The notes beneath the pieces were generated by a model. That model saw only the letters and a program-made list of their open reading frames with translations, was not told where the DNA came from and did not search any database. A DNA stretch of 64,000 nt from Squalus acanthias (lineage: Eukaryota): assembly GCA_030390025.1 (NCBI GenBank), contig CM059445.1:20522001-20586000 (forward strand), given 5' to 3'. Below are positions 12,701 to 27,700 of this stretch, one piece after another (positions within the stretch are counted from its first letter, which is position 1; each line of letters begins with the position of its first letter). A program made the position numbers and the translations under genes.

Positions 12701-15700
12701 AATACTCCCTTACGATCAGGAATATCCAGAGTCACTAATACTCCCTTATGATCAGGGAATATCCAGAGTCACTAATACTCCCTTATGATCAGGGAATATC
12801 CAGAGTCACTAATACTCCCTTACGATCAGGAATATCCAGAGTCACTAATACTCCCTTATGATCAGGAATATCCAGAGTCACTAAACACCTCCTTATGATC
12901 AGGAATATCCAGAGTCACTAACACTCCCTTATGATCAGGAATATCCAGAGTCACTAACACTCCCTTATGATCAGGAATATCCAGAGTCACTAACACTCCC
13001 TTATGATCAGGAATATCCAGAGTCACTAACACTCCCTTATGATCAGGAATATCCAGAGTCACTAACACTCCCTTATGATCAGGAATATCCAGAGTCACTA
13101 ACACTCCCTTATGATCAGGAATATCCAGAGTCACTAACACTCCCTTATGATCAGGAATATCCAGAGTCACTAACACTCCCTTATGATCAGGAATATCCAG
13201 AGTCACTAACACTCCCTTATGATCAGGAATATCCAGAGTCACTAACACTCCCTTATGATCAGGAATATCCAGAGTCACTAACACTCCCTTATGATCAGGA
13301 ATATCCAGAGTCACTAACACTCCCTTATGATCAGGAATATCCAGAGTCACTAACACTCCCTTATGATCAGGAATATCCAGAGTCACTAACACTCCCTTAT
13401 GATCAGGAATATCCAGAGTCACTAACACTCCCTTATGATCAGGAATATCCAGAGTCACTAACACTCCCTTATGATCAGGAATATCCAGAGTCACTAACAC
13501 TCCCTTATGATCAGGAATATCCAGAGTCACTAACACTCCCTTATGATCAGGAATATCCAGAGTCACTAACACTCCCTTATGATCAGGAATATCCAGAGTC
13601 ACTAACACTCCCTTATGATCAGGAATATCCAGAGTCACTAACACTCCCTTATGATCAGGAATATCCAGAGTCACTAACACTCCCTTATGATCAGGAATAT
13701 CCAGAGTCACTAACACTCCCTTATGATCAGGAATATCCAGAGTCACTAACACTCCCTTATGATCAGGAATATCCAGAGTCACTAACACTCCCTTATGATC
13801 AGGAATATCCAGAGTCACTAACACTCCCTTATGATCAGGAATATCCAGAGTCACTAACACTCCCTTATGATCAGGAATATCCAGAGTCACTAACACTCCC
13901 TTATGATCAGGAATATCCAGAGTCACTAACACTCCCTTATGATCAGGAATATCCAGAGTCACTAACACTCCCTTATGATCAGGAATATCCAGAGTCACTA
14001 ACACTCCCTTATGATCAGGAATATCCAGAGTCACTAACACTCCCTTATGATCAGGAATATCCAGAGTCACTAACACTCCCTTATGATCAGGAATATCCAG
14101 AGTCACTAACACTCCCTTATGATCAGGAATATCCAGAGTCACTAACACTCCCTTATGATCAGGAATATCCAGAGTCACTAACACTCCCTTATGATCAGGA
14201 ATATCCAGAGTCACTAACACTCCCTTATGATCAGGAATATCCAGAGTCACTAACACTCCCTTATGATCAGGAATATCCAGAGTCACTAACACTCCCTTAT
14301 GATCAGGAATATCCAGAGTCACTAACACTCCCTTATGATCAGGAATATCCAGAGTCACTAACACTCCCTTATGATCAGGGAATATCCAGAGTCACTAACA
14401 CTCCCTTATGATCAGGAATATCCAGAGTCACTAACACTCCCTTATGATCAGGAATATCCAGAGTCACTAACACTCCCTTATGATCAGGAATATCCAGAGT
14501 CACTAACACTCCCTTATGATCAGGAATATCCAGAGTCACTAACACTCCCTTATGATCAGGAATATCCAGAGTCACTAACACTCCCTTATGATCAGGAATA
14601 TCCAGAGTCACTAACACTCCCTTATGATCAGGAATATCCAGAGTCACTAACACTCCCTTATGATCAGGAATATCCAGAGTCACTAACACTCCCTTATGAT
14701 CAGGAATATCCAGAGTCACTAACACTCCCTTATGATCAGGAATATCCAGAGTCACTAACACTCCCTTATGATCAGGAATATCCAGAGTCACTAACACTCC
14801 CTTATGATCAGGAATATCCAGAGTCACTAACACTCCCTTATGATCAGGAATATCCAGAGTCACTAACACTCCCTTATGATCAGGAATATCCAGAGTCACT
14901 AACACTCCCTTATGATCAGGAATATCCAGAGTCACTAACACTCCCTTATGATCAGGAATATCCAGAGTCACTAACACTCCCTTATGATCAGGAATATCCA
15001 GAGTCACTAACACTCCCTTATGATCAGGAATATCCAGAGTCACTAACACTCCCTTATGATCAGGAATATCCAGAGTCACTAACACTCCCTTATGATCAGG
15101 AATATCCAGAGTCACTAACACTCCCTTATGATCAGGAATATCCAGAGTCACTAACACTCCCTTATGATCAGGAATATCCAGAGTCACTAACACTCCCTTA
15201 TGATCAGGAATATCCAGAGTCACTAACACTCCCTTATGATCAGGAATATCCAGAGTCACTAACACTCCCTTATGATCAGGAATATCCAGAGTCACTAACA
15301 CTCCCTTATGATCAGGAATATCCAGAGTCACTAACACTCCCTTATGATCAGGAATATCCAGAGTCACTAACACTCCCTTATGATCAGGAATATCCAGAGT
15401 CACTAACACTCCCTTATGATCAGGAATATCCAGAGTCACTAACACTCCCTTATGATCAGGAATATCCAGAGTCACTAACACTCCCTTATGATCAGGAATA
15501 TCCAGAGTCACTAACACTCCCTTATGATCAGGAATATCCAGAGTCACTAACACTCCCTTATGATCAGGAATATCCAGAGTCACTAACACTCCCTTATGAT
15601 CAGGAATATCCAGAGTCACTAACACTCCCTTATGATCAGGAATATCCAGAGTCACTAACACTCCCTTATGATCAGGAATATCCAGAGTCACTAACACTCC

Positions 15701-18700
15701 CTTATGATCAGGAATATCCAGAGTCACTAACACTCCCTTATGATCAGGAATATCCAGAGTCACTAACACTCCCTTATGATCAGGAATATCCAGAGTCACT
15801 AACACTCCCTTATGATCAGGAATATCCAGAGTCACTAACACTCCCTTATGATCAGGAATATCCAGAGTCACTAACACTCCCTTATGATCAGGAATATCCA
15901 GAGTCACTAACACTCCCTTATGATCAGGAATATCCAGAGTCACTAACACTCCCTTATGATCAGGAATATCCAGAGTCACTAACACTCCCTTATGATCAGG
16001 AATATCCAGAGTCACTAACACTCCCTTATGATCAGGAATATCCAGAGTCACTAACACTCCCTTATGATCAGGAATATCCAGAGTCACTAACACTCCCTTA
16101 TGATCAGGAATATCCAGAGTCACTAACACTCCCTTATGATCAGGAATATCCAGAGTCACTAACACTCCCTTATGATCAGGAATATCCAGAGTCACTAACA
16201 CTCCCTTATGATCAGGAATATCCAGAGTCACTAACACTCCCTTATGATCAGGAATATCCAGAGTCACTAACACTCCCTTATGATCAGGAATATCCAGAGT
16301 CACTAACACTCCCTTATGATCAGGAATATCCAGAGTCACTAACACTCCCTTATGATCAGGAATATCCAGAGTCACTAACACTCCCTTATGATCAGGAATA
16401 TCCAGAGTCACTAACACTCCCTTATGATCAGGAATATCCAGAGTCACTAACACTCCCTTATGATCAGGAATATCCAGAGTCACTAACACTCCCTTATGAT
16501 CAGGAATATCCAGAGTCACTAACACTCCCTTATGATCAGGAATATCCAGAGTCACTAACACTCCCTTATGATCAGGAATATCCAGAGTCACTAACACTCC
16601 CTTATGATCAGGAATATCCAGAGTCACTAACACTCCCTTATGATCAGGAATATCCAGAGTCACTAACACTCCCTTATGATCAGGAATATCCAGAGTCACT
16701 AACACTCCCTTATGATCAGGAATATCCAGAGTCACTAACACTCCCTTATGATCAGGAATATCCAGAGTCACTAACACTCCCTTATGATCAGGAATATCCA
16801 GAGTCACTAACACTCCCTTATGATCAGGAATATCCAGAGTCACTAACACTCCCTTATGATCAGGAATATCCAGAGTCACTAACACTCCCTTATGATCAGG
16901 AATATCCAGAGTCACTAACACTCCCTTATGATCAGGAATATCCAGAGTCACTAACACTCCCTTATGATCAGGAATATCCAGAGTCACTAACACTCCCTTA
17001 TGATCAGGAATATCCAGAGTCACTAACACTCCCTTATGATCAGGAATATCCAGAGTCACTAACACTCCCTTATGATCAGGAATATCCAGAGTCACTAACA
17101 CTCCCTTATGATCAGGAATATCCAGAGTCACTAACACTCCCTTATGATCAGGAATATCCAGAGTCACTAACACTCCCTTATGATCAGGAATATCCAGAGT
17201 CACTAACACTCCCTTATGATCAGGAATATCCAGAGTCACTAACACTCCCTTATGATCAGGAATATCCAGAGTCACTAACACTCCCTTATGATCAGGAATA
17301 TCCAGAGTCACTAACACTCCCTTATGATCAGGAATATCCAGAGTCACTAACACTCCCTTATGATCAGGAATATCCAGAGTCACTAACACTCCCTTATGAT
17401 CAGGAATATCCAGAGTCACTAACACTCCCTTATGATCAGGAATATCCAGAGTCACTAACACTCCCTTATGATCAGGAATATCCAGAGTCACTAACACTCC
17501 CTTATGATCAGGAATATCCAGAGTCACTAACACTCCCTTATGATCAGGAATATCCAGAGTCACTAACACTCCCTTATGATCAGGAATATCCAGAGTCACT
17601 AACACTCCCTTATGATCAGGAATATCCAGAGTCACTAACACTCCCTTATGATCAGGAATATCCAGAGTCACTAACACTCCCTTATGATCAGGAATATCCA
17701 GAGTCACTAACACTCCCTTATGATCAGGAATATCCAGAGTCACTAACACTCCCTTATGATCAGGAATATCCAGAGTCACTAACACTCCCTTATGATCAGG
17801 AATATCCAGAGTCACTAACACTCCCTTATGATCAGGAATATCCAGAGTCACTAACACTCCCTTATGATCAGGAATATCCAGAGTCACTAACACTCCCTTA
17901 TGATCAGGAATATCCAGAGTCACTAACACTCCCTTATGATCAGGAATATCCAGAGTCACTAACACTCCCTTATGATCAGGAATATCCAGAGTCACTAACA
18001 CTCCCTTATGATCAGGAATATCCAGAGTCACTAACACTCCCTTATGATCAGGAATATCCAGAGTCACTAACACTCCCTTATGATCAGGAATATCCAGAGT
18101 CACTAACACTCCCTTATGATCAGGAATATCCAGAGTCACTAACACTCCCTTATGATCAGGAATATCCAGAGTCACTAACACTCCCTTATGATCAGGAATA
18201 TCCAGAGTCACTAACACTCCCTTATGATCAGGAATATCCAGAGTCACTAACACTCCCTTATGATCAGGAATATCCAGAGTCACTAACACTCCCTTATGAT
18301 CAGGAATATCCAGAGTCACTAACACTCCCTTATGATCAGGAATATCCAGAGTCACTAACACTCCCTTATGATCAGGAATATCCAGAGTCACTAACACTCC
18401 CTTATGATCAGGAATATCCAGAGTCACTAACACTCCCTTATGATCAGGAATATCCAGAGTCACTAACACTCCCTTATGATCAGGAATATCCAGAGTCACT
18501 AACACTCCCTTATGATCAGGAATATCCAGAGTCACTAACACTCCCTTATGATCAGGAATATCCAGAGTCACTAACACTCCCTTATGATCAGGAATATCCA
18601 GAGTCACTAACACTCCCTTATGATCAGGAATATCCAGAGTCACTAACACTCCCTTATGATCAGGAATATCCAGAGTCACTAACACTCCCTTATGATCAGG

Positions 18701-21700
18701 AATATCCAGAGTCACTAACACTCCCTTATGATCAGGAATATCCAGAGTCACTAACACTCCCTTATGATCAGGAATATCCAGAGTCACTAACACTCCCTTA
18801 TGATCAGGAATATCCAGAGTCACTAACACTCCCTTATGATCAGGAATATCCAGAGTCACTAACACTCCCTTATGATCAGGAATATCCAGAGTCACTAACA
18901 CTCCCTTATGATCAGGAATATCCAGAGTCACTAACACTCCCTTATGATCAGGAATATCCAGAGTCACTAACACTCCCTTATGATCAGGAATATCCAGAGT
19001 CACTAACACTCCCTTATGATCAGGAATATCCAGAGTCACTAACACTCCCTTATGATCAGGAATATCCAGAGTCACTAACACTCCCTTATGATCAGGAATA
19101 TCCAGAGTCACTAACACTCCCTTATGATCAGGAATATCCAGAGTCACTAACACTCCCTTATGATCAGGAATATCCAGAGTCACTAACACTCCCTTATGAT
19201 CAGGAATATCCAGAGTCACTAACACTCCCTTATGATCAGGAATATCCAGAGTCACTAACACTCCCTTATGATCAGGAATATCCAGAGTCACTAACACTCC
19301 CTTATGATCAGGAATATCCAGAGTCACTAACACTCCCTTATGATCAGGAATATCCAGAGTCACTAACACTCCCTTATGATCAGGAATATCCAGAGTCACT
19401 AACACTCCCTTATGATCAGGAATATCCAGAGTCACTAACACTCCCTTATGATCAGGAATATCCAGAGTCACTAACACTCCCTTATGATCAGGAATATCCA
19501 GAGTCACTAACACTCCCTTATGATCAGGAATATCCAGAGTCACTAACACTCCCTTATGATCAGGAATATCCAGAGTCACTAACACTCCCTTATGATCAGG
19601 AATATCCAGAGTCACTAACACTCCCTTATGATCAGGAATATCCAGAGTCACTAACACTCCCTTATGATCAGGAATATCCAGAGTCACTAACACTCCCTTA
19701 TGATCAGGAATATCCAGAGTCACTAACACTCCCTTATGATCAGGAATATCCAGAGTCACTAACACTCCCTTATGATCAGGAATATCCAGAGTCACTAACA
19801 CTCCCTTATGATCAGGAATATCCAGAGTCACTAACACTCCCTTATGATCAGGAATATCCAGAGTCACTAACACTCCCTTATGATCAGGAATATCCAGAGT
19901 CACTAACACTCCCTTATGATCAGGAATATCCAGAGTCACTAACACTCCCTTATGATCAGGAATATCCAGAGTCACTAACACTCCCTTATGATCAGGAATA
20001 TCCAGAGTCACTAACACTCCCTTATGATCAGGAATATCCAGAGTCACTAACACTCCCTTATGATCAGGAATATCCAGAGTCACTAACACTCCCTTATGAT
20101 CAGGAATATCCAGAGTCACTAACACTCCCTTATGATCAGGAATATCCAGAGTCACTAACACTCCCTTATGATCAGGAATATCCAGAGTCACTAACACTCC
20201 CTTATGATCAGGAATATCCAGAGTCACTAACACTCCCTTATGATCAGGAATATCCAGAGTCACTAACACTCCCTTATGATCAGGAATATCCAGAGTCACT
20301 AACACTCCCTTATGATCAGGAATATCCAGAGTCACTAACACTCCCTTATGATCAGGAATATCCAGAGTCACTAACACTCCCTTATGATCAGGAATATCCA
20401 GAGTCACTAACACTCCCTTATGATCAGGAATATCCAGAGTCACTAACACTCCCTTATGATCAGGAATATCCAGAGTCACTAACACTCCCTTATGATCAGG
20501 AATATCCAGAGTCACTAACACTCCCTTATGATCAGGAATATCCAGAGTCACTAACACTCCCTTATGATCAGGAATATCCAGAGTCACTAACACTCCCTTA
20601 TGATCAGGAATATCCAGAGTCACTAACACTCCCTTATGATCAGGAATATCCAGAGTCACTAACACTCCCTTATGATCAGGAATATCCAGAGTCACTAACA
20701 CTCCCTTATGATCAGGAATATCCAGAGTCACTAACACTCCCTTATGATCAGGAATATCCAGAGTCACTAACACTCCCTTATGATCAGGAATATCCAGAGT
20801 CACTAACACTCCCTTATGATCAGGAATATCCAGAGTCACTAACACTCCCTTATGATCAGGAATATCCAGAGTCACTAACACTCCCTTATGATCAGGAATA
20901 TCCAGAGTCACTAACACTCCCTTATGATCAGGAATATCCAGAGTCACTAACACTCCCTTATGATCAGGAATATCCAGAGTCACTAACACTCCCTTATGAT
21001 CAGGAATATCCAGAGTCACTAACACTCCCTTATGATCAGGAATATCCAGAGTCACTAACACTCCCTTATGATCAGGAATATCCAGAGTCACTAACACTCC
21101 CTTATGATCAGGAATATCCAGAGTCACTAACACTCCCTTATGATCAGGAATATCCAGAGTCACTAACACTCCCTTATGATCAGGAATATCCAGAGTCACT
21201 AACACTCCCTTATGATCAGGAATATCCAGAGTCACTAACACTCCCTTATGATCAGGAATATCCAGAGTCACTAACACTCCCTTATGATCAGGAATATCCA
21301 GAGTCACTAACACTCCCTTATGATCAGGAATATCCAGAGTCACTAACACTCCCTTATGATCAGGAATATCCAGAGTCACTAACACTCCCTTATGATCAGG
21401 AATATCCAGAGTCACTAACACTCCCTTATGATCAGGAATATCCAGAGTCACTAACACTCCCTTATGATCAGGAATATCCAGAGTCACTAACACTCCCTTA
21501 TGATCAGGAATATCCAGAGTCACTAACACTCCCTTATGATCAGGAATATCCAGAGTCACTAACACTCCCTTATGATCAGGAATATCCAGAGTCACTAACA
21601 CTCCCTTATGATCAGGAATATCCAGAGTCACTAACACTCCCTTATGATCAGGAATATCCAGAGTCACTAACACTCCCTTATGATCAGGAATATCCAGAGT

Positions 21701-24700
21701 CACTAACACTCCCTTATGATCAGGAATATCCAGAGTCACTAACACTCCCTTATGATCAGGAATATCCAGAGTCACTAACACTCCCTTATGATCAGGAATA
21801 TCCAGAGTCACTAACACTCCCTTATGATCAGGAATATCCAGAGTCACTAACACTCCCTTATGATCAGGAATATCCAGAGTCACTAACACTCCCTTATGAT
21901 CAGGAATATCCAGAGTCACTAACACTCCCTTATGATCAGGAATATCCAGAGTCACTAACACTCCCTTATGATCAGGAATATCCAGAGTCACTAACACTCC
22001 CTTATGATCAGGAATATCCAGAGTCACTAACACTCCCTTATGATCAGGAATATCCAGAGTCACTAACACTCCCTTATGATCAGGAATATCCAGAGTCACT
22101 AACACTCCCTTATGATCAGGAATATCCAGAGTCACTAACACTCCCTTATGATCAGGAATATCCAGAGTCACTAACACTCCCTTATGATCAGGAATATCCA
22201 GAGTCACTAACACTCCCTTATGATCAGGAATATCCAGAGTCACTAACACTCCCTTATGATCAGGAATATCCAGAGTCACTAACACTCCCTTATGATCAGG
22301 AATATCCAGAGTCACTAACACTCCCTTATGATCAGGAATATCCAGAGTCACTAACACTCCCTTATGATCAGGAATATCCAGAGTCACTAACACTCCCTTA
22401 TGATCAGGAATATCCAGAGTCACTAACACTCCCTTATGATCAGGAATATCCAGAGTCACTAACACTCCCTTATGATCAGGAATATCCAGAGTCACTAACA
22501 CTCCCTTATGATCAGGAATATCCAGAGTCACTAACACTCCCTTATGATCAGGAATATCCAGAGTCACTAACACTCCCTTATGATCAGGAATATCCAGAGT
22601 CACTAACACTCCCTTATGATCAGGAATATCCAGAGTCACTAACACTCCCTTATGATCAGGAATATCCAGAGTCACTAACACTCCCTTATGATCAGGAATA
22701 TCCAGAGTCACTAACACTCCCTTATGATCAGGAATATCCAGAGTCACTAACACTCCCTTATGATCAGGAATATCCAGAGTCACTAACACTCCCTTATGAT
22801 CAGGAATATCCAGAGTCACTAACACTCCCTTATGATCAGGAATATCCAGAGTCACTAACACTCCCTTATGATCAGGAATATCCAGAGTCACTAACACTCC
22901 CTTATGATCAGGAATATCCAGAGTCACTAACACTCCCTTATGATCAGGAATATCCAGAGTCACTAACACTCCCTTATGATCAGGAATATCCAGAGTCACT
23001 AACACTCCCTTATGATCAGGAATATCCAGAGTCACTAACACTCCCTTATGATCAGGAATATCCAGAGTCACTAACACTCCCTTATGATCAGGAATATCCA
23101 GAGTCACTAACACTCCCTTATGATCAGGAATATCCAGAGTCACTAACACTCCCTTATGATCAGGAATATCCAGAGTCACTAACACTCCCTTATGATCAGG
23201 AATATCCAGAGTCACTAACACTCCCTTATGATCAGGAATATCCAGAGTCACTAACACTCCCTTATGATCAGGAATATCCAGAGTCACTAACACTCCCTTA
23301 TGATCAGGAATATCCAGAGTCACTAACACTCCCTTATGATCAGGAATATCCAGAGTCACTAACACTCCCTTATGATCAGGAATATCCAGAGTCACTAACA
23401 CTCCCTTATGATCAGGAATATCCAGAGTCACTAACACTCCCTTATGATCAGGAATATCCAGAGTCACTAACACTCCCTTATGATCAGGAATATCCAGAGT
23501 CACTAACACTCCCTTATGATCAGGAATATCCAGAGTCACTAACACTCCCTTATGATCAGGAATATCCAGAGTCACTAACACTCCCTTATGATCAGGAATA
23601 TCCAGAGTCACTAACACTCCCTTATGATCAGGAATATCCAGAGTCACTAACACTCCCTTATGATCAGGAATATCCAGAGTCACTAACACTCCCTTATGAT
23701 CAGGAATATCCAGAGTCACTAACACTCCCTTATGATCAGGAATATCCAGAGTCACTAACACTCCCTTATGATCAGGAATATCCAGAGTCACTAACACTCC
23801 CTTATGATCAGGAATATCCAGAGTCACTAACACTCCCTTATGATCAGGAATATCCAGAGTCACTAACACTCCCTTATGATCAGGAATATCCAGAGTCACT
23901 AACACTCCCTTATGATCAGGAATATCCAGAGTCACTAACACTCCCTTATGATCAGGAATATCCAGAGTCACTAACACTCCCTTATGATCAGGAATATCCA
24001 GAGTCACTAACACTCCCTTATGATCAGGAATATCCAGAGTCACTAACACTCCCTTATGATCAGGAATATCCAGAGTCACTAACACTCCCTTATGATCAGG
24101 AATATCCAGAGTCACTAACACTCCCTTATGATCAGGAATATCCAGAGTCACTAACACTCCCTTATGATCAGGAATATCCAGAGTCACTAACACTCCCTTA
24201 TGATCAGGAATATCCAGAGTCACTAACACTCCCTTATGATCAGGAATATCCAGAGTCACTAACACTCCCTTATGATCAGGAATATCCAGAGTCACTAACA
24301 CTCCCTTATGATCAGGAATATCCAGAGTCACTAACACTCCCTTATGATCAGGAATATCCAGAGTCACTAACACTCCCTTATGATCAGGAATATCCAGAGT
24401 CACTAACACTCCCTTATGATCAGGAATATCCAGAGTCACTAACACTCCCTTATGATCAGGAATATCCAGAGTCACTAACACTCCCTTATGATCAGGAATA
24501 TCCAGAGTCACTAACACTCCCTTATGATCAGGAATATCCAGAGTCACTAACACTCCCTTATGATCAGGAATATCCAGAGTCACTAACACTCCCTTATGAT
24601 CAGGAATATCCAGAGTCACTAACACTCCCTTATGATCAGGAATATCCAGAGTCACTAACACTCCCTTATGATCAGGAATATCCAGAGTCACTAACACTCC

Positions 24701-27700
24701 CTTATGATCAGGAATATCCAGAGTCACTAACACTCCCTTATGATCAGGAATATCCAGAGTCACTAACACTCCCTTATGATCAGGAATATCCAGAGTCACT
24801 AACACTCCCTTATGATCAGGAATATCCAGAGTCACTAACACTCCCTTATGATCAGGAATATCCAGAGTCACTAACACTCCCTTATGATCAGGAATATCCA
24901 GAGTCACTAACACTCCCTTATGATCAGGAATATCCAGAGTCACTAACACTCCCTTATGATCAGGAATATCCAGAGTCACTAACACTCCCTTATGATCAGG
25001 AATATCCAGAGTCACTAACACTCCCTTATGATCAGGAATATCCAGAGTCACTAACACTCCCTTATGATCAGGAATATCCAGAGTCACTAACACTCCCTTA
25101 TGATCAGGAATATCCAGAGTCACTAACACTCCCTTATGATCAGGAATATCCAGAGTCACTAACACTCCCTTATGATCAGGAATATCCAGAGTCACTAACA
25201 CTCCCTTATGATCAGGAATATCCAGAGTCACTAACACTCCCTTATGATCAGGAATATCCAGAGTCACTAACACTCCCTTATGATCAGGAATATCCAGAGT
25301 CACTAACACTCCCTTATGATCAGGAATATCCAGAGTCACTAACACTCCCTTATGATCAGGAATATCCAGAGTCACTAACACTCCCTTATGATCAGGAATA
25401 TCCAGAGTCACTAACACTCCCTTATGATCAGGAATATCCAGAGTCACTAACACTCCCTTATGATCAGGAATATCCAGAGTCACTAACACTCCCTTATGAT
25501 CAGGAATATCCAGAGTCACTAACACTCCCTTATGATCAGGAATATCCAGAGTCACTAACACTCCCTTATGATCAGGAATATCCAGAGTCACTAACACTCC
25601 CTTATGATCAGGAATATCCAGAGTCACTAACACTCCCTTATGATCAGGAATATCCAGAGTCACTAACACTCCCTTATGATCAGGAATATCCAGAGTCACT
25701 AACACTCCCTTATGATCAGGAATATCCAGAGTCACTAACACTCCCTTATGATCAGGAATATCCAGAGTCACTAACACTCCCTTATGATCAGGAATATCCA
25801 GAGTCACTAACACTCCCTTATGATCAGGAATATCCAGAGTCACTAACACTCCCTTATGATCAGGAATATCCAGAGTCACTAACACTCCCTTATGATCAGG
25901 AATATCCAGAGTCACTAACACTCCCTTATGATCAGGAATATCCAGAGTCACTAACACTCCCTTATGATCAGGAATATCCAGAGTCACTAACACTCCCTTA
26001 TGATCAGGAATATCCAGAGTCACTAACACTCCCTTATGATCAGGAATATCCAGAGTCACTAACACTCCCTTATGATCAGGAATATCCAGAGTCACTAACA
26101 CTCCCTTATGATCAGGAATATCCAGAGTCACTAACACTCCCTTATGATCAGGAATATCCAGAGTCACTAACACTCCCTTATGATCAGGAATATCCAGAGT
26201 CACTAACACTCCCTTATGATCAGGAATATCCAGAGTCACTAACACTCCCTTATGATCAGGAATATCCAGAGTCACTAACACTCCCTTATGATCAGGAATA
26301 TCCAGAGTCACTAACACTCCCTTATGATCAGGAATATCCAGAGTCACTAACACTCCCTTATGATCAGGAATATCCAGAGTCACTAACACTCCCTTATGAT
26401 CAGGAATATCCAGAGTCACTAACACTCCCTTATGATCAGGAATATCCAGAGTCACTAACACTCCCTTATGATCAGGAATATCCAGAGTCACTAACACTCC
26501 CTTATGATCAGGAATATCCAGAGTCACTAACACTCCCTTATGATCAGGAATATCCAGAGTCACTAACACTCCCTTATGATCAGGAATATCCAGAGTCACT
26601 AACACTCCCTTATGATCAGGAATATCCAGAGTCACTAACACTCCCTTATGATCAGGAATATCCAGAGTCACTAACACTCCCTTATGATCAGGAATATCCA
26701 GAGTCACTAACACTCCCTTATGATCAGGAATATCCAGAGTCACTAACACTCCCTTATGATCAGGAATATCCAGAGTCACTAACACTCCCTTATGATCAGG
26801 AATATCCAGAGTCACTAACACTCCCTTATGATCAGGAATATCCAGAGTCACTAACACTCCCTTATGATCAGGAATATCCAGAGTCACTAACACTCCCTTA
26901 TGATCAGGAATATCCAGAGTCACTAACACTCCCTTATGATCAGGAATATCCAGAGTCACTAACACTCCCTTATGATCAGGAATATCCAGAGTCACTAACA
27001 CTCCCTTATGATCAGGAATATCCAGAGTCACTAACACTCCCTTATGATCAGGAATATCCAGAGTCACTAACACTCCCTTATGATCAGGAATATCCAGAGT
27101 CACTAACACTCCCTTATGATCAGGAATATCCAGAGTCACTAACACTCCCTTATGATCAGGAATATCCAGAGTCACTAACACTCCCTTATGATCAGGAATA
27201 TCCAGAGTCACTAACACTCCCTTATGATCAGGAATATCCAGAGTCACTAACACTCCCTTATGATCAGGAATATCCAGAGTCACTAACACTCCCTTATGAT
27301 CAGGAATATCCAGAGTCACTAACACTCCCTTATGATCAGGAATATCCAGAGTCACTAACACTCCCTTATGATCAGGAATATCCAGAGTCACTAACACTCC
27401 CTTATGATCAGGAATATCCAGAGTCACTAACACTCCCTTATGATCAGGAATATCCAGAGTCACTAACACTCCCTTATGATCAGGAATATCCAGAGTCACT
27501 AACACTCCCTTATGATCAGGAATATCCAGAGTCACTAACACTCCCTTATGATCAGGAATATCCAGAGTCACTAACACTCCCTTATGATCAGGAATATCCA
27601 GAGTCACTAACACTCCCTTATGATCAGGAATATCCAGAGTCACTAACACTCCCTTATGATCAGGAATATCCAGAGTCACTAACACTCCCTTATGATCAGG

